A stretch of 64,000 bases of DNA from an uncultured Acidimicrobiia bacterium. Lineage in GTDB: Bacteria; Actinomycetota; Acidimicrobiia; Spongiisociales; UBA5794. The notes beneath the pieces were generated by a model. It did no database searches and was not told where the DNA came from. It worked only from the letters and a program-made list of their open reading frames with translations. A program made the translations under genes and the position numbers. The stretch covers positions 30,837 through 94,836 of the forward strand of contig CAWEUW010000006.1 in the NCBI GenBank assembly GCA_963812375.1. Direction: 5' to 3'. Below, piece by piece: positions 1 to 9,983 of the stretch (position 1 is its first letter; each line of letters begins with the position of its first letter).

Positions 1-72
1 GATGTCTCCGCCGAGCTGTTGATCCCCCCCGACACGGCCGAGGAAGATCCCCGATCCGGGTCCGGCGACTGA
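1..72 (+). CDS. 3' end of an upstream ORF (product unknown, truncated by window edge)
   Basis: Frame 1 reads DVSAELLIPPDTAEEDPRSGSGD then TGA at 70-72. It lies directly upstream of the tad operon and has no recognisable motif. Confidence 0.3.
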   Translation, partial: DVSAELLIPPDTAEEDPRSGSGD

Positions 73-131
73 GATGGCCGTCGACCCGACTCGAGCCGGC
101 AGTCTGCGTTGGTTCGTCTCAGCGGGCGTGG

Positions 132-1329
132 GTGACCGAGCTGATCAACCACGTCAGCGACCACGGGGGGATGCGGGTGGTGGGGACGGCCCTCTCCCAG
201 GACGACGCCTTCCGCCGCAACTTCGACGCACTGCTCGTCGACGACGTCTCCAGCGTGATGTCGCCGCGGTTCGTGTCGAGGATGCGCAACACCGGCCGGC
301 TGGTGATCGCCATCTACGACGTGGAACGGGGCGACGAGGCGCGCGAGCGTGTCCTCGGCTTCGGCGTCGATGCCGCGGTGCCGTCGACGGTCGGTGCCGA
401 GGAGCTGGTGCGGGTGGTGGTCGACACCGTGCGGCTCCACGCCATCGATGCCGAGCTCGCCCATCTCTCATCGGGTGGGCCGTTGCCGGGGCGTCTGCGT
501 CAGCGCTCTCTGCCAAGAGCTCCGGCCGCGCCGACGGGGTGCATCGTCGTGGTCCTGGGCAACGACGGTGTCACCGAGGTCGCCGTCGGGCTCGCCGATG
601 CCATGGTCGGCCGCCAGCTTTCGACCGTCCTCATCGATCTCGACACCGTGGAGCCGTCGATCGCCCAACGCCTCGGCTTGCCGCTCACCCCGAACGTGTT
701 CACCGCCACGGAGCATCTCCGGTTGCGTGCCTCGCTCGAAGGCGCCTTCGACGTGTCTGCGCACGGCTTCGCCACGATCGCCGGTATCCCCAATCCCCGG
801 GAGTGGGCGGCGTTGGGCGAGACCGAGGCGGCCGATCTCGTCGGCGAGCTGGCCGGGGGGTTCGCCATGGTGCTGGTCAAGATCAGTCGTGGCCTCGAGG
901 ACCTCTCCGGCTTCGCCGGCACGGTCGGCCGCCATGACGTCGGCCGCCGCCTGGTGGCGATGGCCGATCGGGTGGTCGCTGTATCCAGCGCCAGTCCGGT
1001 GGGCGCCGCCAGGCAGGTGACCTTGGCGGGCGATGTCCGAGCGCTCACCAGCGTCCCGATCCATGTCGTCGTCAACCAGGCACCGTCGAGCCGCTTCGTC
1101 CAGGGGGAACTGGCGACCGAGCTCGAGCGCTCACTCTCTCCGGCGTCGCTGACCTTCCTGCCCACCGACAGCCGGGTCCGCAAGGCTTCGTGGCAGGGCG
1201 AGATGGTTCGTCGAGGAGGTTTCGCCCGGCGGCTCCGTTCCCTCGCCGGATCCGTGTCCACGGCGGCGCCGGGTCCATCGGACCGACACCGAAGCCGAGG
1301 TCGTCTCCGTCGTCGAGGGCAGCCCTTGA
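132..1329 (+). CDS. TadZ/CpaE-like (Ssd-like) MinD/ParA-fold pilus assembly protein with receiver-like N-domain
   Basis: GTG 132. Receiver-like N-terminus, then a MinD-like core (VVVLGNDGVTEVAVGLA, LIDLD, IHVVVNQAP) with a degenerate P-loop. The ORF has no stop before tadA. A shift near 1285 gives ...TDTEAEVVSVVEGSP-TGA at 1327-1329, overlapping TTG 1326 (TTGA). Confidence 0.65.
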
Positions 1330-2603
1330 GCGTCTACGAGGACCTGCGCCGCCGTGTCGCCGAGGCGATCGAGGAGCGGAAGCTCGATGCCGCCAGAGAC
1401 ACGGATACGGTCCGCCAGGTGGCCGCCACCGCCGTGGCCGACTACCAGCGAGCCGCTCACGCCGGTGACGCCACCCCGCTGAGCGATCCGGAGGGAATGG
1501 TGGAGCGGCTGTGGCGGGCGATCGCCGGGTTCGGGCCGATCACCGAGCTTCTCGACTCGCCCGACGTCGAGGAGATCTTCATCGAGGGCGACCGGGTCTC
1601 CTTCATCCGGTCCGACGGCGGCCTGGAGGCGCTGATGGCGCCGACCTCGGCGGCGGAGAACCGTCAGCTGGTCGACCGGCTGCTGTGCCGGGACGAATCG
1701 GAGGCTCGACGCATCGTCGGCGATCCAGCAGGCGAGAGTGCTCGACGGGCCGGGCGCGGCTCACCGCCGTCATCCCGCCGGTCTCCGACCGGCTGTCGGT
1801 GACGATGCGCAAGTACACGGTGGCCGACGAGACATTGGGATCCCTCGTCGAGCGGAGCTCACTCCCGGACGAGGCGGCCGCCTTCCTGTGGGCGCTGGCC
1901 CAGGTCGCAGGATCGGTGCTGTTCTCGGGCCCGACCGGTGCCGGCAAGACAACGGCGATGAGCGCCTTCCTGCGGGCCGGTGCCCGACGACATGTGCATC
2001 CGCATGTGCGAGGAGGTGCGTGAGCTTCACATACCGCTGTCGCTCCACTCGTCGTTCTACGAGGCGTCGACGGTGGCGATGGACGGCGGCCGCCGCTACT
2101 CACTGCGTGACCTCATCAAGGTCTGCCTGGCGCAACGGGTCGACCTGCTCTGCGTCGGCGAAGTCCGTGGCGAAGAGGCGTACGAGCTGACCCGTGCCGT
2201 CAATGCCGGGTGCGGCTTCACCTGCACCATCCACGCCAACTCCGCCCGCGAGGCGCTCTCGGCGCTGGTGGAGAACTCACTCAAGGCCGGGGAGAACATC
2301 CCGGAGTCGGTCGCCCGGCGTAGCTTCGCCAGGGGCATCGATGTCGTCGTCCATCTCGACCGCCGCCTCGGGTCGGGCGGCGTCGGCCCCAACCGGCAGG
2401 TGGCCGAGATCCTGTCGGTGGCGCCCAGCCTGGCGGACGACTTCACCACCGAGCCGATCTTCACCCGCCAGCATCGGTCCGCCCCGTTGGCGTGGACCGG
2501 CACCCTGCCGCAACCCGAGCTGATGCGCCGGATGGACGAGATCCTCCCGGACGGTGTCACCACCAAGGGCGTGCTCGCCGGTGAGTGGAGGCCACACCTG
2601 TGA
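1326..2603 (+). CDS. tadA: TadA/CpaF type II/IV secretion ATPase
   Basis: T2SSE family: Walker A FSGPTGAGKTT, Walker B region LLCVGEVRGEEA, His box TIHANS. The reading frame passes 0 to 2 to 0, with breaks near 1700-1760 and 1960-2000. Confidence 0.9.
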
Positions 2604-3500
2604 GGGTCATGGCTGCGTTGCTCGGGGCCGCCGCCGTGTACTTGACGGTGGCGCTGACGCTCGGGGTGGCGCCGAACGTCGCCGTTCGGTCGGCGTCGCG
2701 CCCTCAGGTGTCGAAGCGACAACTCTGGCTGATCCAGGCTGGCTCCGACCTCACGCCACGCCAGTTCCGGCTGGGGTCGATCGCCGGTGCGCTGGTCACC
2801 TTCGCCCTGCTCTGGCTGCTCACCCAGAGCGTGATCATCGCCCTGGTGCCCGCCGTCGCCGCCGGCTTTCTGCCATCTGCCTGGTACGGCAAACGCCGTC
2901 AGGACCGGATCGCCGAGATCCAGGCGGCTTGGCCGGACGGCATCCGCGACCTGCTCGCCCATGTCACCTCGGGGGCGACGCTCGGCAAGGCGGTCGAGGC
3001 CCTGGCCACGGAGGGCCCGCTTGCCGTTGCGCGACGCCTTCGACCGGTTCCCGCTCCAAGCGCGGATGTTCGGCGTGGTCCCGGCGCTCGAGATCGTCAA
3101 GGAGGAGCTGGCCGATCCCACATCGGACAAGGTGATCGAAGTGATGGTCCTCGCCCACGAGCTCGGCGGTGACCTGGTGCCGGAGGTGTTGCGCGACCTC
3201 ATCGACACCATCACCGGCGACCTCCGCACCCTCGCCGAGATCCGCACCGCAGGGTTCGAGCAGAAGATCGAGAGCCTCCTCGTCGTGGTGGTCCCCTGGA
3301 TGGTGTTGGTCTTCCTCGCCACCGGCCCGCCCGACTACCGCGCCTTCTACCAGAGCTCGACCGGTCAGCTCGTCGTCCTGATCGGGGCGTTGTGGACCGG
3401 CTTCGGGGTGCTCGTGCTGAGGTTCGTCTCCCGGGCCCGCGTCGAGCCACGGGTGCTCGGTGGTGGCGCGGTCGCATCCGACGGCCGGGTGAGCCGCTGA
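2600..3500 (+). CDS. tadB: TadB-like T2SSF inner-membrane pilus platform protein
   Basis: GTG 2600 overlaps the tadA stop (GTGA). The N-half is in ORF 2585..3172. The C-half (FDRFPLQARMFGVVPALEIVKEEL...VPWMVLVFLA) is in ORF 2961..3500. Break near 3020. Confidence 0.8.
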
Positions 3501-4450
3501 TGGAGCGACTGGCGCTGTTCGGGGCGGTGAGTGCCGGGGTGTCGGTCACGGCGATGAGCTGGGTGATGCTCAAGCCGTACCGGCGACTGGCCCCTCGGCT
3601 CCGTCCCTATGCAGCCGTCGCCAGGACCCGGCTGGCCCGCTCCTACGACGTGGGAGGCCAGGCCGGCGCCGCAACCGGCCGATCGACCCTGGTCGACCTG
3701 TTCGGGCCGATCGTCGACGCGACTCGTTGCTTGGCTCTCGGCACTGGTGGGAGCCACCGACGACCGCCGGTTGGCGCTGCGCCTGCGCCACGCCGGGCTC
3801 TACCCCGGCCTCGACGCCCAGGATCGGATCCGCGAGTTCCGCGTCCGCTCTCTCGGGCGGGCGGCCCTTCTGGCGGCGTGCTTCGGTGGCTCGGGCTGAT
3901 GTTCGGCGGCACCCGGATGATGGTCCTCCTGGGGTTGTGCGGATTGGTGCTCGGCGTCGCCCAGGCGCGTAGCCGGGTCACCGCCGCCATCGCCGCCCGG
4001 CGGGAACGGATGCGCGTGGAGCTGTACACCCTCAACCAGCTCATCGCCCTGCGCACCAGGGTCGGAGGGGGTGTCGTCGACGCCATCCGCCACGTGGTCG
4101 ACCGGGCCAACGGGGTGTTCGTCGACGAACTGGCCGAGGTGCTCCGGCTCCACGCCTCGGGGCTCCCGATGACCGACGCGCTGCGCCGGGCGGCCGAGCT
4201 CACCGCCGAGCCCGAGGCGGCCCGCACCTACAACGTGCTGGCGACCGCGCAGGATCGCGGCGCCGATCTGGGCGATGCCCTGCTCGGGCTGTCGGTCGAC
4301 CTGCGGGCACAACGCCGTGACGACCTGCAACGCCAGGCAGCCAGCAGGCGGCTCTGGCTGGTGATTCCCATCGTGCTCATCCTGGCGCCGGTGCTCCTCC
4401 TCTTCATCGGTGCGCCGGTGCCGACCTTGATCTTCGGGACGGGCGGATGA
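3500..4450 (+). CDS. tadC: TadC-like T2SSF inner-membrane pilus platform protein
   Basis: ATG 3500 overlaps the tadB stop. The central segment LALRLRHAGLYPGLDAQDRIREFR lies in the ORF 3609..3899 frame and its flanks in the ORF 3392..4450 frame, giving two compensating shifts. C-terminal TM LWLVIPIVLILAPVLLLFIGAPV. Confidence 0.8.
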   Translation: MERLALFGAVSAGVSVTAMSWVMLKPYRRLAPRLRPYAAVARTRLARSYDVGGQAGAATGRSTLVDLFGPIVDATRCLALGTGGSHRRPPVGAAPAPRRALPRPRRPGSDPRVPRPLSRAGGPSGGVLRWLGLMFGGTRMMVLLGLCGLVLGVAQARSRVTAAIAARRERMRVELYTLNQLIALRTRVGGGVVDAIRHVVDRANGVFVDELAEVLRLHASGLPMTDALRRAAELTAEPEAARTYNVLATAQDRGADLGDALLGLSVDLRAQRRDDLQRQAASRRLWLVIPIVLILAPVLLLFIGAPVPTLIFGTGG

Positions 4451-4515
4451 GCCCGGCCCACCTCGATGGAATGCAGCAAGCCTGCCCTGCGGGGCCGAAA
4501 CGAAAGGAAACCGAA

Positions 4516-4698
4516 ATGGCCACATGGTTGGCACTGCTCCTGACCCCGGTCGAGCCGGAGCGGGGCGAGGTCAACACCGCCTCGATCCTGGCGTGGACGA
4601 TGCTGGCGGTGGTCGCCATCCTGGCGATCAACGTCATGTTCGACGACCTGGTCAGCTCCGTGTTCGCCGACGTGAAGGCGAGGATCCTGGGCTCGTAG
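4516..4698 (+). CDS. flp: Flp-family (DUF4244-like) pilin candidate
   Basis: ATG 4516 follows a GAAAGGAAAC Shine-Dalgarno. The 60-aa product MATWLALLLTPVEPERGEVNTASILAWTMLAVVAILAI has a short leader and one hydrophobic helix. It sits right after tadC, as in actinobacterial tad loci. Confidence 0.6.
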   Translation: MATWLALLLTPVEPERGEVNTASILAWTMLAVVAILAINVMFDDLVSSVFADVKARILGS

Positions 4699-4784
4699 CG
4701 GCTGGGGCCCTGAGGGCGGTTCGCTGGTGATGGCTGAGGGGTCGCTCGAGCGACTGCGAGCGCGGCGAGATCGGCATCGGAATC

Positions 4785-5138
4785 ATGTTGGCGGTGGTGG
4801 CGACCTTCGTCGTGGCGGTGGCGATCGTCCATCTCTTCATGTTCCTCTACGGCCAGGCGGTGGTGCGATCCGCTCTCGACGAGGCGGTGCGGACCGGCTC
4901 GAGGGTCGATGGCGGCCCGGCACTGTGCCTGCAAACCGCAACCGAGGTGCGGGACGACCTGCTGGGCGGACAGCTCGGCGACGGCGTCACCTTCCGATGC
5001 GTGGCCCGGCAGGGCCCGGCCGGTCCCCGGCTGGTCGCCTCGGCGGTGGCCAGGTTCCGCAGCCCCATGCCCGGCGTGCCAACGCTGACCCTGAACCTCT
5101 CGGCGACGGCGATCCAGGAGGTCCCGGCATCGCCATGA
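4785..5138 (+). CDS. TadE-like pseudopilin/pilus assembly protein
   Basis: In-frame codons upstream of ATG 4785 read SDCERGEIGIGIMLAVVATFVVAV, a TadE-type N-terminus, but contain no ATG or GTG. The true start is probably upstream, either CTG 4734 or a frame break from GTG/ATG 4727/4730. Confidence 0.6.
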   Translation: MLAVVATFVVAVAIVHLFMFLYGQAVVRSALDEAVRTGSRVDGGPALCLQTATEVRDDLLGGQLGDGVTFRCVARQGPAGPRLVASAVARFRSPMPGVPTLTLNLSATAIQEVPASP

Positions 5139-5578
5139 GCCTGGAGCATGTCAAGGGGGTCGTCCGGAGCGAACGGGGAGAAGCGTCGGCGCTCGAGATG
5201 ATGCTCGTCATCGGATTCCTGCTCCTGCCCACTCTCGTTGGCCTCGCCCAGATCCCGCGCTGGATCGACGCCCGATCGACCGGGGAGCTGGCAGCCCAGG
5301 AGGCGGCGAGGCAGGTGGCTCTGTCCACGGACCTCGAGGTGGGGGTGGCCGCCGCCGACGCCGTCGCCCGGCAGATCGTGGTCAACCACGGTTGGGATGA
5401 AGAGGCGTACCGCGGCGTGCGGGTCACGGGCTCGGTGGCTTCCGGTGGCTCGGTGACCGCATCGGTGACCATGCGAGTGCCGGCGATCGTGGTGCCGCTG
5501 GTCGGCAACGTCGGGGGCGGCTTCTGGCGTACCTGGTCGCACACCGAGGTCGTCGACAGCTACCGGGAGGACGGGTGA
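5135..5578 (+). CDS. TadE-like pilus assembly protein
   Basis: ATG 5135 overlaps the previous stop (ATGA). The N-terminus SERGEASALEMMLVIGFLLLP matches the TadE family signature. Confidence 0.65.
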   Translation: MSLEHVKGVVRSERGEASALEMMLVIGFLLLPTLVGLAQIPRWIDARSTGELAAQEAARQVALSTDLEVGVAAADAVARQIVVNHGWDEEAYRGVRVTGSVASGGSVTASVTMRVPAIVVPLVGNVGGGFWRTWSHTEVVDSYREDG

Positions 5579-5988
5579 GCGGAGAACGGGGTTCGGTGAC
5601 GATCTGGGGGATCGGGCTGGTTGCGTTGTTGTTCGCCTTCGCCGGGCTGGCCGTCGACACCTGGAGGGTGTTCACCGAGCGTCAGGCGCTCGCCGGTCTG
5701 GCGGACTCCGCCGCCATCGCCGGCGCCAACGGTATCGACGAGGACGAGTTCCGCGCTTCGGGCGCGGTGGCGCTGGATCGTCCCGAAGCCCGCTCGCTGG
5801 CCGCCGGGTACCTGGCGTCCCGCATCGGCACCGCCGAGGCGGTCATCGGATTCCGTGATACCGGCATCGAGGTCACCCTCACCGACACCGTCGATCTGAC
5901 GCTGCTCACCTTCTTCCTCGGTGGGGAGCCTGTCGACCTTCGCGTGACGGCGTACGCCAACCCGGCGCAACGCGTCGCCGCTCCGTAG
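5575..5988 (+). CDS. TadG-like (Tad_N) pilus assembly protein
   Basis: GTG 5575 overlaps the previous stop (GTGA). The N-terminus GERGSVTIWGIGLVALLFAFAGLAVD is typical of TadG/Tad_N proteins. Confidence 0.65.
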   Translation: MSGERGSVTIWGIGLVALLFAFAGLAVDTWRVFTERQALAGLADSAAIAGANGIDEDEFRASGAVALDRPEARSLAAGYLASRIGTAEAVIGFRDTGIEVTLTDTVDLTLLTFFLGGEPVDLRVTAYANPAQRVAAP

Positions 5989-6019
5989 TCCGGTTGAGCA
6001 GGGCCACCGGGCCTTTCGC

Positions 6020-6881
6020 TCAGCCCGAGGCCGGCTCGACCTCCGGCAGCTCGATCACCTCGCCGGGGAAGATCAGGTCGGGGTCGCCGGATCTGATGCG
6101 CCCCCGGTTGGCGTCGACCAGCCGCACCCAGTAGCGGGCGTGCTCGCCCTCGTCGGGAGTCTGCCCGCGCACCTCGGTGAGCCTCTTGCCGGCGATGGCC
6201 CACAGATGATCGCCGGCCACCACGGTGTACGACGTTGCGCCGATCGCCTGCGGTGACGGAGGCGGTGTCGACCGGGGCCACGGTGCCGCCCTCGGTGAGG
6301 AGGAACGGCGGGATCGGCATGGGCCGGGTGTCGGTCGTCGCATCCTCCTCGGCAGTCGTCTTTGCTTCGTCGACGGCGGCTGGGAGCTCGCCTCCGCCAG
6401 GGGCGATGATGAGAAAGGGCGGCAGCGGGTGGTCGGGCTCGTCCGCCGCCCACGCCGCCACCGAGGACGGGGGCGTCGCTCCAGCGCGATGGCCGTCACC
6501 GGGGCGAGAGCCGGGGTGACGGCAAGGGTCACCGCCGCCACCCGCGTTGCCGTCGCCAGGGCGAGGCGCCGCACCGCCGGGAGAGCGAACCGGGAGGCCG
6601 CCTCCGTCATCCGGGCACGGCCACTGAGCATCGCCAGGCCGGTGACCGTGGTGCTCAGCCAGTACCCAGACCGCCGCCAGCCGTACCGCCACCGCTGCGA
6701 GGGCGATCATCGCCTCTTCCGGTGGAGTGGCTTCGAGCCAGTTCCACAGGTCGCCCCAGGTGACGCCCGGGGGAGCCAGCCGTTCCACCATGGCGATCGC
6801 GACCGCCGGGCCGGCGGTGCACAGCAGCCAGACCGACGCTTCTCCGACCCGTCCCTGCCGGGTTCGTGTTGTCGTTGTCAT
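6020..6881 (-). CDS. Membrane-anchored LysM peptidoglycan-binding protein
   Basis: The C-terminus YTVVAGDHLWAIAG...DPDLIFPGEVIELP is a LysM motif. The N-terminus MTTTTRTRQG plus hydrophobic segments lies in the ORF 5682..6953 frame (ATG at 6879-6881). The Pro-rich middle switches frame at least three times. Confidence 0.65.
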
Positions 6882-6999
6882 GACCCGCAAAATATCACCA
6901 AGCAACGACAAGAACCATAGCGACGCTTCAACGATACGGACCGGTTCGGTCAACTCCGGACCACCGGCGCCGGATGGGTCGGCTGACTAGCTTGCGTGG

Positions 7000-8748
7000 A
7001 TGCGAGGGGGTGACCTCCTTCCGGGGCTGGATCGGCTGGCCCACTACGAGCGTCCCTGGTTGCGAGGCGATCTCGTCGCCGGGGTCACCGTGGCCGCCTA
7101 CCTCATCCCGCAGGTAATGGCGTACGCCGAGGTCGCCGGGTTGCCGGCGGTCACCGGGCTGTGGGCCGCCCTGGGCGCGATGACGGTGTACGCCTTCATC
7201 GGGTCGTCCCGGCAGCTCTCGGTGGGCCCGGAGTCGACGACGGCGCTGCTGACGGCGACCGCCATCGGGCCGCTGGCCGCCGGCGACCCCTCCCGTTACG
7301 CCACGCTCGCCGCCGCCCTCGGCCTGGTGGTGGCGGCATTGTGCCTGGTGGCGTGGATCGCCCGCCTCGGGTTCCTCGCCGACCTCCTGTCCAAGCCGGT
7401 CCTGGTCGGGTACCTGGCCGGGGTGGCGGTGATCATGATCGCCGGCCAGCTCGACTCCTTCGCCGGGATCGAGCTGGAGGGCGAGACCCCGCCAGAGACG
7501 ATCCTCTCGTTCGTCACCAACATCACCGAGGCCCATTGGGCGACGTTCCTCCTTGCCACCGGGGTGCTCGTCTTCCTGTTCGTGGGGAGCGCCCTCTTCC
7601 CCAAGGCTCCGATCCCGTTGGTCGCCATGGTCCTGGCCACGGTGGTGGTGGGCGTGTTCGGCCTCGCCGACGAAGGGATCAGCCTGGTCGGGTCGATCCC
7701 GTCGGGTCTGCCCACCGTCCGCTGGCCGGCCGCCGACCTGTCCGACTTCACCGCCCTGCTGCTACCCGCGGTCGGGGTGACCGTGGTCGCCTACACCGAC
7801 AACACGCTGGAGGGCCGGGGGTTCGCCGCCCGGGGCGGGTACCGCATCGACGCCAACCAGGAGCTCTTCGCCCTCGCAGGCGCCAACGCCGCCGCCGGGC
7901 TGGTGCAGGGGTTCCCGGTGAGCAGCTCGGGGAGCCGCACGGTGATCGGTGACTCCCTGGGCTCCCGCAGCCAGCTGTTCTCGCTGGTGGCGGTCGGCGT
8001 GATCGCGGTGACGTTGCTCTTCCTCGGCCCGGCGCTCGAGCAGTTCCCGGAGGCAGCGCTGGCGGCGGTGGTGATCTGGGCGGCGGTGAAGCTGGTGGAC
8101 GTCGCCGAGCTGCGGCGCATCGCCCGCTTCCGCCACAGCGAGCTGATCCTCGCCCTGTCCACCACCGTGGCGGTGCTGGTCGTCGACATCCTGTACGGCG
8201 TGCTGGTGGCCGTCGGGCTGTCGATCCTCGACCTGCTGCGCCGGGTGGCGAGACCCCACGACGGGGTGCTCGGGTACGTCCCCGGGGTCGCCGGGATGCA
8301 CGACATCGACGACCACCCCGCCGCTCGCCAGATGCCGGGGCTGGTGGTGTACCGGTACGACGCCCCGCTGTTCTTCGCCAACGCCGAGGACTTCAAGGGC
8401 CGGGCGCTCGCCTCACTCGACTCGGCCGAAGGGCCCGTCGAGTGGTTCCTGCTCAACTTCGAGGCCAACGTGCAGATCGACCTGACCTCGATCGACGCCC
8501 TCGGCGAGATCCGGGCCGAGCTGGAGGAAAGGGGGATCAAGCTCGCCCTGGCCCGGGTCAAGCACGAGATGTACGAGGAGCTGGAGCGGGCCGGCCTGGT
8601 CGAGGCGATCGGCGCCGACCGCATCTTCGACACGCTGCCGATGGCGGTCGTCGCCTACGTCGAGGCCTACACCGCCAAGCACGGCGAGCCGCCGCACGGT
8701 GTCGTGCCACCGGAGCCGCCGGCGCAGCCGGTGATCGATCCCCCATGA
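7000..8748 (+). CDS. SulP-family anion (sulfate/bicarbonate) transporter with C-terminal STAS domain
   Basis: Intact 582-aa ORF. SulP region AYAEVAGLPAVTGLWAA and GSSRQLSVGPES, many TM segments, and STAS-like VVYRYDAPLFFANAE. Confidence 0.9.
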   Translation: MRGGDLLPGLDRLAHYERPWLRGDLVAGVTVAAYLIPQVMAYAEVAGLPAVTGLWAALGAMTVYAFIGSSRQLSVGPESTTALLTATAIGPLAAGDPSRYATLAAALGLVVAALCLVAWIARLGFLADLLSKPVLVGYLAGVAVIMIAGQLDSFAGIELEGETPPETILSFVTNITEAHWATFLLATGVLVFLFVGSALFPKAPIPLVAMVLATVVVGVFGLADEGISLVGSIPSGLPTVRWPAADLSDFTALLLPAVGVTVVAYTDNTLEGRGFAARGGYRIDANQELFALAGANAAAGLVQGFPVSSSGSRTVIGDSLGSRSQLFSLVAVGVIAVTLLFLGPALEQFPEAALAAVVIWAAVKLVDVAELRRIARFRHSELILALSTTVAVLVVDILYGVLVAVGLSILDLLRRVARPHDGVLGYVPGVAGMHDIDDHPAARQMPGLVVYRYDAPLFFANAEDFKGRALASLDSAEGPVEWFLLNFEANVQIDLTSIDALGEIRAELEERGIKLALARVKHEMYEELERAGLVEAIGADRIFDTLPMAVVAYVEAYTAKHGEPPHGVVPPEPPAQPVIDPP

Positions 8749-8781
8749 GCCGGCCCCGGCGGTCCTACCCGGTCGATGCAC

Positions 8782-9709
8782 TCATCTGAGGACCTCCACC
8801 GTGTCGCCGTCCTGCACGACGTGGTCACGGCCGACCCGCTGGCCGTCGAAGCGGGCCGACGGGCCCCAGATGCGGGCACCTGTTGCGGTGGCACCGAGCT
8901 CGTGATGGACCCGGTCGGCCACGTCGGCGACCGTGGCGCCGGCGTGCATCGGCTGGGGGCGCGGGTCGACCTCGCCGTCGTGGTGGAGCCACACCCTGAT
9001 CAGCCCGGTGAGCCCCCAGATGGCCAGGCGCAACTCGTCGAGCGAGGCGTCGTCGAGGATCGACACCGCCACCACCTCGAGGTCGACCGATCGTCGGAGC
9101 GCATCGATGCGGTCGGGGTCGACCTCGTCGGCCTTGGTCAAGGCCAGCACCGCAGGAAGGTCGATCCCGGCGGCGATCGACCTCGGCGCGTACCACCGCC
9201 AGCGAATCGAGCGGTGCGGTGGCCTCGTGGCAGTAGACGACGGCGTCGGCGTTGCGCAGCACCCCGAGCAGAGCACGTCCCCCGCCGCGGTCGTCGTTGG
9301 CGCCCTCGATCAGACCGGGGATCTCCACCAACTGGACCAGCACCCCGCCGATCCTGGTGAGCGCCGGCACCGGGCGCACCGTGGTGAAGGCGTAGTCACC
9401 GGTCTTGATCTGGATCTCGGACAACGCCTGAAGGAGCGACGACTTGCCGGCGTTGGGCGGCCCCACCAGCGCCACCTGGGCGGCTCCCTCGCGGCGCACC
9501 GAGATCGAGTCGCGGTGGACCACCTTCGCCCGGACCTGCGACGCCTCGATCTGCTCGTTGACCCACTTGCGGATGTCGGCGTACGGGCCGTTGCGGTAGT
9601 CGGGCAGCTCGCCGAGGATCGTCCGCAGCTCACGGACCCGCTCCGTGCCCTCCTTGCCCACCAGCCGGCGCTTGATCACCTGCATCTGGATGCGGTGTGG
9701 CATCGGCAT
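8782..9709 (-). CDS. Obg/Drg-type GTP-binding protein with C-terminal TGS domain
   Basis: G1 GPPNAGKSSLL, G3 VEIPGL, TGS-like tail GATVADVADRVHHELG...VQDGDTVEVLR. GGAAGGAG Shine-Dalgarno upstream of ATG 9709. The two halves are in different frames, with a break near 9200. Confidence 0.8.
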
Positions 9710-9983
9710 GACCTGTTCTCCTTCCTCGCTGTGTGATGCGGGGAGGAGCGCACCGCCACGGCCCGCTCAAGTCATCTCGGGGCCGTCGGAGTGCGTCCTG
9801 TCCCGCCGCTTCCCTGGACGCCTGGTCGGAAGCGGCGGATCAGCCGGTCTTGGTGCTCACCATCGCCCACCAGATGGTGGCGACGGCGCGATGCGGTTCG
9901 CTCATGGCCTGCGAAGCGTAGCCGCCAGCGTCGCCGGCGGTCGGCGCCTCTAGGCTGGCGGCGCCGCGGCTTGGAGGGACTTC

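Noticed and set aside
132-2603. A genuine TadZ-TadA fusion protein, as suggested by the uninterrupted 556-aa ORF
   Set aside because: A one-base shift near 1285 produces a stop at 1327-1329 overlapping a TTG at 1326 (TTGA). This is the same coupling seen at the other tad junctions. Separate genes are more parsimonious.
9840-9905. 21-aa minus-strand ORF MSEPHRAVATIWWAMVSTKTG as a small membrane peptide gene
   Set aside because: It has no Shine-Dalgarno or promoter-like sequence and is too short to evaluate without comparative data. It lies within a region equally explained as 5' UTR.
9735-9983. Possible glycine riboswitch upstream of the GcvT-family gene
   Set aside because: GGAGGAGCGCACCGCC superficially recalls the GGAGAG...CACCGAAGGGGCAA core, but the conserved ACCGAAGGGGCAA and CTCAGGCAAAAGGAC segments are absent. 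The gene is also not part of a gcv operon.
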